This document shows positions 52,017 through 58,776 of a DNA stretch of 58,776 nucleotides, piece by piece. The notes under the pieces were generated by a model. That model made no database searches. It saw nothing but the letters and a program-made list of their open reading frames with translations, and had not been told where the DNA came from. This DNA comes from Patescibacteria group bacterium (GTDB taxonomy: Bacteria; Patescibacteriota; Minisyncoccia; Phycocordibacterales; DATDSR01). Position 1 is the stretch's first letter, and every line of letters begins with the position of its first letter. The DNA lies in NCBI GenBank assembly GCA_038062165.1, contig JBBTXQ010000018.1:1-58776 (forward strand). The letters are read 5' to 3'. Made by a program: the position numbers and the translations under genes.

Positions 52017-53948
52017 ATGAGAAATAAGAATTTTTTGATCGGCACAGTTGTTTTGGGAGTTGTTCTGTTCGCTGGTTTCGCAGGGGCCAACATTAGTAGC
52101 AATTTACTTCCTATTTCCGACGGTACGTACCTTCAGTGGACACCTAAATCTGGTTCCAGCCATTACGTGATGGTAGACGAGACCACTTGCAATGGTTTGA
52201 CTGATTACAATTATACCAATACTGTGGGCCAGAGAGATTCATACAATGTAAATTTATCTTCTATTCCAAACGGAGCAACGATCACTCAAATTGATATTAA
52301 ACCTTGTGCTTCACGTAACAGTAATGGGGGAAGATCTTCTAGTATGAATGTTTTTTACAGGTTAAATGGTGTTAATGGTGCCGACGCTGGCAATTACGCT
52401 CTCACGGGAACTAAGCCTGTCGAACTTGCAACTACAAGTTTCAGTGGTCTTGGCACAATTAAAGCATCCAGCACAAGTCTTGAAATTGGCGCAGTGCTTG
52501 CCACCAGCACCAAGGGCGCTCGTCTTGGTCGCATTTCCTCGCAAATAACCTACACGCCACTTTTGGCTCCAAGTTCTCTGATTGGGACTGCCTCGACCAC
52601 GGCTACAGCCGTTCGTCTTGATTGGACTGACAACTCAACAAATGAAACTGGGTTCTTGGTAGAAAGGAGTACTGATTCAATCAATTTTACTAATATCGCC
52701 ACCACTACAAGCAATGTTGTCTCATATGACGATGCCGGGCTTCTCTCTGGGACAACTTACTATCACCGCGTGCGAGCATATAACTCTGGAGCAAACTCTG
52801 CTTACACCAATACTGCTACCACCACGACTAATCTAATCATCCCAGCTCCAACTTCACTCTCTGCCATAGCCGCTACCACAACCCTAAACATTGATCTCTC
52901 GTGGGCAGACAATTCTTCAAATGAATCGGGTTTCTTGATTGAGCGCAGTACTGATGATCTAAATTACACCAACGTTGCTACTACAAGCTCAAACACGATT
53001 GCTTATTCTGATGTGGCTATTGCAGAAAATACAACTTATTACTACCGCGTACGGGCCTTCAATTTGCCTACTTACTCTGCTTATTCCAACACTGCTTCTG
53101 CCACAAGTGGCACAGCGCCTATTGCTCCATCGAGTCTCTCGGCCACTGCTTCAGCAACTGAATTGAGAATAACTCTAGAATGGGTAGATAACTCAAGCAA
53201 TGAGAGTGCGTTCTTGATCGAGCGCAGTATAGATGCAGTGAATTACTCTAATATTGCCACCACTAGCATAAACGCGGTTGACTATGCTGACGACAGTGTA
53301 CTTCCGGGGACAACTTATTATTACAGAATTAGGGCGCATAACGATATTGGGAATTCTGGTTACTCTAACACTGCTTCAGCCACTACTATCTCCACTCCGC
53401 TCCAACCCACAAGTCTTACTGGCACAACGGCCACCACGAGTATATCGATTCGCTTGCGTTGGACGGATAATTCTAGCAATGAAGACGGCTTCAATATTGA
53501 ACGCAAACTAGCAAGTCTGCCCAATTGGACATCGCTTGCCACAACCACTCTCAATATAGTTGATTACGACGACTTCACTGTGGCAGAAAATACAACTTAT
53601 CACTATAGAGTGCGTGCCTTCAATGGTGCTGGGTACTCCGCTTATTCCAATACCGCCTCCACAACTTCACCCGGTGTCCCACCATCGCCATCTGGGTTGG
53701 GTGCTACCGCAAGTTCTACTTCAAATGTTGCCTTAAGTTGGTTGGATAATTCACACAACGAGCTTAACTTCAATATTTGGAGAAGTTCAGATGCTGTTAA
53801 TTTCTCGTCTCTTGCCACCACAAGCGCTAACATTAAGAGTTACCTCGATGTGGCTCCAGGATCGGGTACCTGGTATTACAAAGTGAGAGCTTACAATTTC
53901 TTCGGTTACTCACTATTCTCAAATACAGCAAGTACTACGTTGCCATAA
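52017..53948 (+). CDS. Secreted protein with tandem fibronectin type III repeats
   Basis: Signal/TM anchor, then repeated units of about 95 aa: L.WTDNS.NE.GF.[IV]ERS.D..N[FY].N[IV]ATT....Y.D.....TYY[YH]R[VI]RA.N..G.S.YSNTA. Confidence 0.7.
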   Translation: MRNKNFLIGTVVLGVVLFAGFAGANISSNLLPISDGTYLQWTPKSGSSHYVMVDETTCNGLTDYNYTNTVGQRDSYNVNLSSIPNGATITQIDIKPCASRNSNGGRSSSMNVFYRLNGVNGADAGNYALTGTKPVELATTSFSGLGTIKASSTSLEIGAVLATSTKGARLGRISSQITYTPLLAPSSLIGTASTTATAVRLDWTDNSTNETGFLVERSTDSINFTNIATTTSNVVSYDDAGLLSGTTYYHRVRAYNSGANSAYTNTATTTTNLIIPAPTSLSAIAATTTLNIDLSWADNSSNESGFLIERSTDDLNYTNVATTSSNTIAYSDVAIAENTTYYYRVRAFNLPTYSAYSNTASATSGTAPIAPSSLSATASATELRITLEWVDNSSNESAFLIERSIDAVNYSNIATTSINAVDYADDSVLPGTTYYYRIRAHNDIGNSGYSNTASATTISTPLQPTSLTGTTATTSISIRLRWTDNSSNEDGFNIERKLASLPNWTSLATTTLNIVDYDDFTVAENTTYHYRVRAFNGAGYSAYSNTASTTSPGVPPSPSGLGATASSTSNVALSWLDNSHNELNFNIWRSSDAVNFSSLATTSANIKSYLDVAPGSGTWYYKVRAYNFFGYSLFSNTASTTLP

Positions 53949-54010
53949 CCCACGTAATCTGAAGGAGTAGAGAAAACAGCAAACCCGGCGGTGAAACCGT
54001 CGGGTTTGGA

Positions 54011-54670
54011 CTAATGGGCAAGGGTATAGGTGAGAACTTTTTTAGCTCCTGACTTCCTGAGTATTCTTGTGATTTCGCGTGATGTGGCTCCTGTTGTGTA
54101 CACGTCATCTATCAAGATTATATTTCGCTTCTTGATTGGCTCAAGATTATTTTCTGTGCCGTCTATATTTATTGCAAAAGCATTATTAAGATTAGTTAAT
54201 CTTTCGCGTTTATTTTTAAGTGAGACTTGGGGTACAGTGTGTCTGGTTTTTATTAGCAAGTTTGCAATGAGCTGGAAGCCAGTGCGCTCCGATACAATTT
54301 CTGCCAATAATTCTGCTTGATTGAAGCCCCTTTGTTGCAAACGTTTATGCGACATAGGCGCGGGGATGATTATTGGGTTCTCGATCCTCTCGAAAATCCC
54401 CCTTTCACTCAAATCTTCTAAAATAAATTCAGATAAATGCTTACCCAGAATGGGGGCAAGACGTTTGGCATGTCTATACTTGAGCATCTTGATTGCCTTG
54501 CGCATGGTTGGATGCGCGTAGGAGAAGCAAGATCTCGGGTTATCTTCATGATCATAAGCCGGCGGAATCTCGTATATACACTCTTCACACAAGGGAAGAG
54601 AGCCATTGTGGCAGGAGAGACATGATTCTGGAAAGAGGATATCAAGGAAGGTGTTTAAGAGTCGGATCAT
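54011..54670 (-). CDS. comFC: ComF family protein (phosphoribosyltransferase domain, ComFC-like)
   Basis: N-terminal CLSC...CEEC zinc finger, RGFNQAELLA, and ILIDDVYTTGAT PRTase motif. Confidence 0.8.
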   Translation of the reverse strand: MIRLLNTFLDILFPESCLSCHNGSLPLCEECIYEIPPAYDHEDNPRSCFSYAHPTMRKAIKMLKYRHAKRLAPILGKHLSEFILEDLSERGIFERIENPIIIPAPMSHKRLQQRGFNQAELLAEIVSERTGFQLIANLLIKTRHTVPQVSLKNKRERLTNLNNAFAINIDGTENNLEPIKKRNIILIDDVYTTGATSREITRILRKSGAKKVLTYTLAH

Positions 54671-54690
54671 GTTATAATTATGTCATATCT

Positions 54691-55800
54691 ATGCTAGAGA
54701 ACTTTTCGGTCGGCAAATTATTTGGAAGTTTCTTGTCTAAAGAACAGAGTGTGCTTGGAATTGATATTGGCTCGTCATCCATTAAAGTAGTTCAACTTAA
54801 AAAAAAGAAAGGCAAGGCAATATTGGAAACGTATGGTGAATTAAGTTTAGGTCCCTATGCCGAGTTATCAATTGGTCAAGCCACGATTCTCTCCACCGAG
54901 AAGACGATAGAAGCGATGAAGGATTTGTTCAGAGAAGCGAACGTGACCGCCAAGATCGCGGCTGTGGCTTTGCCCTTACGCTCTTCTCTTTTGAAGGTCA
55001 TAGAACTGCCCTCGTCAAAAGACGAGCAGATCAATCGAATGGTGCCAATAGAGGCGCGCAAACATATTCCGGTGCCGATCTCGGAAGTGACACTTGATTG
55101 GTGGGCCATTCCGAAGAAAGATTTTCAAACTCCAGAAATGGTGAGTCCAGATGCTTCGGGACAGCCAAACATGTCTAGCAAGACAGAAATTTTACTAGTG
55201 GCTATTCATAAAGCGGCAGTCAAGAAACAGCAAGACGTAGTTGCTGGCATGGGCCTTGACGCTCGCACATATGAAATAGAAACATTTAGTTCAATCAGGT
55301 CAGTGCTCTCACGCGATATTTCAGCCATGGCTATTCTTGACGTGGGGGCTGGAACAAGCAAGCTCACGATAATTGATTATGGGGTGGTAAGAGTTTCGCA
55401 CGTGATCAATAAGGGCGCGCAAGATGTGACAGTGGCTATAGCCACAGCAAGCGGCATCCCTTTTGCTGATGCTGAAAAAAAGAAGCGCAAAGAAGGCTTG
55501 GCCGAGCAGGCCAGTGCCGGTTCAATCCTCGATTACATCTTATTTGAAGCGAACGCTGTCATTGAGGAATATCAAAAAGCACACGCGCGACTTATTAATA
55601 AGATTGTTTGCACTGGTGGCGGAGCTGTTATGCAAGGCTTCGTTCAGATAGCCCAGAAACATTTCCAAGCCGAAGTAACATTAGGTGCCCCATTCACAAG
55701 AATAGAAGCGCCAGCATTCTTGACCGATATCCTAACTCAAGCCGGCCCCGAATTCGCCGTGGCGATCGGCCTCGCGCTCCACGAACTCGAAGAAGTGTAG
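54691..55800 (+). CDS. pilM: Type IV pilus assembly protein PilM
   Basis: VLGIDIGSSSIKVVQLKKKKG (actin-like ATPase fold), ILDVGAGTSKLTII, VCTGGGA. Confidence 0.85.
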   Translation: MLENFSVGKLFGSFLSKEQSVLGIDIGSSSIKVVQLKKKKGKAILETYGELSLGPYAELSIGQATILSTEKTIEAMKDLFREANVTAKIAAVALPLRSSLLKVIELPSSKDEQINRMVPIEARKHIPVPISEVTLDWWAIPKKDFQTPEMVSPDASGQPNMSSKTEILLVAIHKAAVKKQQDVVAGMGLDARTYEIETFSSIRSVLSRDISAMAILDVGAGTSKLTIIDYGVVRVSHVINKGAQDVTVAIATASGIPFADAEKKKRKEGLAEQASAGSILDYILFEANAVIEEYQKAHARLINKIVCTGGGAVMQGFVQIAQKHFQAEVTLGAPFTRIEAPAFLTDILTQAGPEFAVAIGLALHELEEV

Positions 55801-55818
55801 GTTTGACATGTTAGGAGA

Positions 55819-55845
55819 ACCCCGAAGGCCAGGCCTTCGGGGTTT
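55819..55845. terminator. Hairpin between pilM and the convergent orphan gene
   Basis: aaccccgaaggcc-a-ggccttcggggtt. Confidence 0.7.
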
Positions 55846-55850
55846 GTGCG

Positions 55851-56243
55851 TCACTTCATCAATCTCAGGCAATCATAGAACCTGTTGCGTAGAAGTTCTT
55901 GCCAGGTGAAGAGTTCTGGGATAGAGATGTTCTTGGGTGAATCTACTTCCTTGATCGGTCGCAATGGGCTCTCGGGGATAGGGAAGCCACAAGGCGGATT
56001 GGTGCAGGTCGGGACACCCGATGCATCCCTACTCTCGATCTTGAACAAGTGTCCGGGCAAGTTATTCGCATCGCCTGGGAGAAAAAGGAATCTCCACTTT
56101 TCAAACTGATTTTCGAACAGAATGCCTTGTCCAGTAACCATCTTTGGCTCAAGGAACACATCACCCGTCGATGCCATTGTGGTGTAATCGAACTCCACAA
56201 GTGTAGCGGTTGTGATGGCGGCAATCTTTTCCTTTAGGCCCAT
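55851..56243 (-). CDS. Hypothetical protein (GC-richer orphan, 130 aa)
   Basis: GAAGGAGGA lies 6 nt upstream of the ATG. I recognise no family. It is antisense within the pil cluster. Confidence 0.5.
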   Translation of the reverse strand: MGLKEKIAAITTATLVEFDYTTMASTGDVFLEPKMVTGQGILFENQFEKWRFLFLPGDANNLPGHLFKIESRDASGVPTCTNPPCGFPIPESPLRPIKEVDSPKNISIPELFTWQELLRNRFYDCLRLMK

Positions 56244-56343
56244 CTGCAGTCCTCCTTCCGTAGACAGTCTATTCCTACCCCACCCCGAAGTAAATAGTTG
56301 GGTACAAGTTGACTTCTTGTATACTGGGTATATACTGCAGGAT

Positions 56344-56622
56344 ATGGAGAAGACAGTTATAAATATAAAAACTGATCCGGTTGTTAAGAAACAGGCAAGC
56401 CAAATTGCGGCTCGTCTCGGTTTGCCTTTGGGTACAGTGATGAATAACTATTTGCGTCAATTTATTCGTGAACGCAGGGTAATTTTTGAGGAAGGGCTTA
56501 CCCCTAATAAGGCAACCGCCAAGCGGCTATTGATTGCCGAGCGAAATATTGCCGAAGGTAAAAATTTGTCACCTATTTTTAATACACCGGAAGAACTGTT
56601 TAAACACCTCAATTCTCTATGA
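56344..56622 (+). CDS. RelB/DinJ-family antitoxin
   Basis: INIKTDPVVKKQASQIAARLGLPLGTVMNNYLRQFI (ribbon-helix-helix). It overlaps the toxin gene by 4 nt. Confidence 0.7.
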   Translation: MEKTVINIKTDPVVKKQASQIAARLGLPLGTVMNNYLRQFIRERRVIFEEGLTPNKATAKRLLIAERNIAEGKNLSPIFNTPEELFKHLNSL

Positions 56623-56882
56623 GATTTATTACTGAGCGCGGTTTTGATAAGCAATTCACTAAATTATCCCCGAAGGTAAGACAAAAGTTTGAAGAAAGGT
56701 GGCTGATGTTTATTGATAATCAGACCCACCCTCTTTTAGAGAACCATCCACTTAACCCACCGTTTGCCGGGTCAAGAAGCATAAACGTAACCGGTGACTA
56801 TCGAGCAATTTTTAAGCAAATAAATCCTGATCTTATTATTTTCACAGACATTGGCACGCACCATCAGCTCTTCGGCACTTAG
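56619..56882 (+). CDS. RelE/YafQ-family toxin
   Basis: FDKQFTKLSPKVRQKFEERWLMF...HPLNPPFAGSRSINVTGDYRAIF...IIFTDIGTHHQLF. Confidence 0.75.
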   Translation: MRFITERGFDKQFTKLSPKVRQKFEERWLMFIDNQTHPLLENHPLNPPFAGSRSINVTGDYRAIFKQINPDLIIFTDIGTHHQLFGT

Positions 56883-56939
56883 ATTATCTGGGTATAAGTT
56901 GTTTTGAAGATATTTTTATAGTGTTAGAATGTTGATAGC

Positions 56940-57560
56940 ATGGATATTCCAGGAACATCATTGGGGACAAACACGGGGGTACGCACTTCTTTCATTCCTA
57001 AAACTTCCCTTGCGGTCCGACCGCCCAAGAGGGAAGGATTGGGCTTCTTGATGTTTCTCGGTCTTACTATTTTTTTAATATCACTCTTGGGTTGGTTGGC
57101 CGCTTATAGTTATAACTCATTGGTTGAGAAAGATGTGCATAATCTTGAGGCTTATTTAACGCAAGCCAAGGAATCTTTTGACCCGGCATTACTTAAAGTT
57201 TTCGAGAATCTTGATCGTCGCTTGAACTCGGCTGAGGATCTTATGGATGCTCACTCTGATCTTACCCCCCTTTTTGTAATGCTTGATCGGGTGACGCTTA
57301 AAACGGTGCGCTATACCCATTTTTCTTATATCAATAACGGAGCGGCCGCCGCAGTCAAGATATCCGGTGAGGCTCTTGATTTCCCTTCTGTCGCACTGCA
57401 GGCACTTGAATACAGCAAGGAAGATAAAATTATGAATCCTATATTTTCAAACTTTGGGGTCGAACAAGGTGGCAAGGTGACGTTTGATGTTTCATTTAAT
57501 ATTGATACAAGCTTAGTTTCTTACGCTCCCAAGACTGGCTCACCATTGGAGGGAATATAA
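56940..57560 (+). CDS. pilN: PilN-like pilus assembly protein (single-pass membrane)
   Basis: One TM helix and a periplasmic domain, positioned between pilM and the pilO-like gene. The call rests mainly on context. Confidence 0.5.
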   Translation: MDIPGTSLGTNTGVRTSFIPKTSLAVRPPKREGLGFLMFLGLTIFLISLLGWLAAYSYNSLVEKDVHNLEAYLTQAKESFDPALLKVFENLDRRLNSAEDLMDAHSDLTPLFVMLDRVTLKTVRYTHFSYINNGAAAAVKISGEALDFPSVALQALEYSKEDKIMNPIFSNFGVEQGGKVTFDVSFNIDTSLVSYAPKTGSPLEGI

Positions 57561-57564
57561 ACAT

Positions 57565-58113
57565 ATGCGCGCACTAATACCATTAATTGCAATCGTAGCG
57601 GCCGTGGCTATCTTTTTCGGTCCCACCAAGAGTACTCTTCAAGCCACGGATCCCTTAGTGGCCAAACGCACAAGTCTTGAGCAAGCTCTCGATAGCGCCA
57701 AGAAGATCCAATCGGTGCGTGAGACCTTGCAAGAGCGATACAATTCCTTCTCAAGTTCTGATCTAACGCGCTTGAACAAAATGGTACCTTCACACGTGGA
57801 TAACGTGCGCCTTGTGATAGACATTAATGGCATGGCCCGCACTTATGGCATGGCCCTTAAAGATATTGAAATCGGACAGACAGTGAGCGTGGTAGAGAAT
57901 CCTGCCGCCGGCACTATCGTGGGCGACGGGCCGGAGCATCTTGATATACGATTTGCGGTTAGTGGCAGTTACGATTCTCTCAAACTTTTCTTGGCGGATC
58001 TGGGCAAGAGCTTGCGCATTGTTGATATCACCGATCTTACTTTCAGTTCACGCGATGTGGATCTCTATGATTTCTCTATTTCACTTAGAACTTATTGGTT
58101 GCAAGACAAATAA
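57565..58113 (+). CDS. pilO: PilO-like pilus assembly protein
   Basis: N-terminal TM helix, coiled segment, and LDIRFAVSGSYDSLKLFLADL typical of the PilO C-terminal domain. Confidence 0.55.
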   Translation: MRALIPLIAIVAAVAIFFGPTKSTLQATDPLVAKRTSLEQALDSAKKIQSVRETLQERYNSFSSSDLTRLNKMVPSHVDNVRLVIDINGMARTYGMALKDIEIGQTVSVVENPAAGTIVGDGPEHLDIRFAVSGSYDSLKLFLADLGKSLRIVDITDLTFSSRDVDLYDFSISLRTYWLQDK

Positions 58114-58115
58114 AT

Positions 58116-58475
58116 ATGTCTAACCCCGCCAAAATTATCATGGTTTTAGTCGCACTTTTGTTGGCTTTTGTCGGCTTCAACTATTTGAAGGGAGACGAAG
58201 AGTCTTCGCCCACAACCGGTCTTGTGCGAGAGAACTTCGATTCTAGTGTTGGAGGAGGGGATAATAGCGAATTTTTGCGAGTACTCAAGAATCTTGAAAG
58301 TGTTTCGCTCGATGGCTCATTCCTTTCCACAGAAGCTTTCACCAACCTCATTGATTTTAGTCTCGAGCTTACTCCTGAACCAGTGGGCCGACCTAACCCC
58401 TTTAGGCCAATCAATCTTTTAGAGCGTGATTTAGCCACATTTCAAAATGCCTCAAGCACAGGAACCTCGCAGTGA
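58116..58475 (+). CDS. Hypothetical membrane-anchored protein in the pilus cluster
   Basis: TM helix IIMVLVALLLAFVGF. Context only. Confidence 0.4.
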   Translation: MSNPAKIIMVLVALLLAFVGFNYLKGDEESSPTTGLVRENFDSSVGGGDNSEFLRVLKNLESVSLDGSFLSTEAFTNLIDFSLELTPEPVGRPNPFRPINLLERDLATFQNASSTGTSQ

Positions 58476-58776
58476 TGCTCGTGAGATACCGGTAAGGGAT
58501 CTCTCGGGTAAGAAGGTCTCACCGGATATTCTCAAGTACATTCCGCAAGAATCAGCGGATTATTATAAGTTCGTGCCAATCGGTATCAAAGATTCTGCCC
58601 TTGAAGTGGGCATGGTAGATACCGAGAATACCGAGGCTCATAATGCCATCTCTATTATTGCCGACAAATTGGGCATGCCATTCAAGATTTTCAAAATAAG
58701 CGCCGATGATTTCCACGCCATCATTGATGATTACAAGAATCTAGCAAGTGAGGTAAACAAGGTCTTGAGCGAACTT
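58447..58776 (+). CDS. pilB: Type IV pilus/T2SS ATPase PilB (GspE N-terminal domain), 5' fragment running off the window
   Basis: The open frame from ATG 58447 reads ILKYIPQESADYYKFVPIGIKDSALEVGMVD...ISADDFHAIIDDY, which looks like a GspE-N domain. Confidence 0.7.
   Translation, partial: MPQAQEPRSDAREIPVRDLSGKKVSPDILKYIPQESADYYKFVPIGIKDSALEVGMVDTENTEAHNAISIIADKLGMPFKIFKISADDFHAIIDDYKNLASEVNKVLSEL

Noticed and set aside
1-58776. Global reassignment of TAG (amber) to a sense codon
   Set aside because: Many well-aligned genes here terminate at TAG at the expected C-terminus (fusA, tuf, rplB, rplW, rpsZ, rpsH). Only two in-frame TAGs were seen. TGA and TAA also act as stops, so the standard code applies.

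Overview
This 58.8-kb fragment comes from a small, AT-leaning bacterial genome. I infer it is Candidate Phyla Radiation / Patescibacteria-like. The grounds are: no L30 gene between rpsE and rplO; tRNA-Ile with a UAU anticodon; many DUF5678, GIY-YIG, four-helix-bundle and GxxExxY mini-genes; type IV pilus genes; and core genes that lack Shine-Dalgarno (SD) sites and often start 5-9 nt after a TATAAT box. The core content is fusA (3' end), tuf, the S10/spc ribosomal cluster, secY, adk, map and ndk (1-19.5 kb). After that come a beta-CASP RNase, xth, infC-rpmI-rplT, smpB, mltG, tmRNA, ftsH, recG, idi, comFC, pilM/N/O and the pilB 5' end. Known accessory modules are AbiEi/AbiEii, HicBA, RelBE and a fused R-M-S restriction enzyme next to tRNA-Ser. 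The striking feature is how much invasive DNA sits inside and between essential genes. (1) About 11 GC-richer orphan mini-genes, each with a strong GGAGG SD and most with a hairpin terminator visible immediately downstream, are wedged into core operons (fusA|tuf, rplB|rpsS, rplE|rpsZ, pilM|pilN and others). (2) A ~50-nt nested palindrome is inserted in frame in both pepA and recG, alongside other in-frame palindromes. (3) A GxxExxY nuclease-like ORF flanked by inverted repeats is inserted in frame in recG. (4) ftsH carries two LAGLIDADG inteins. (5) An ~80-nt hairpin element flanked by duplicated ATGAR abuts three start codons. (6) Two DUF5678 + retropepsin-like protease cassettes are present, one flanked by a duplicated pepA 3' end. 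(7) A 1.07-kb two-gene element has 36-bp terminal inverted repeats. (8) GIY-YIG genes flank the tmRNA gene, and the tmRNA 3' end is duplicated in an att-like way. (9) In-frame TAG codons interrupt rpsC and one GIY-YIG gene. All calls were made by eye from the sequence and ORF track; no database searches were run.
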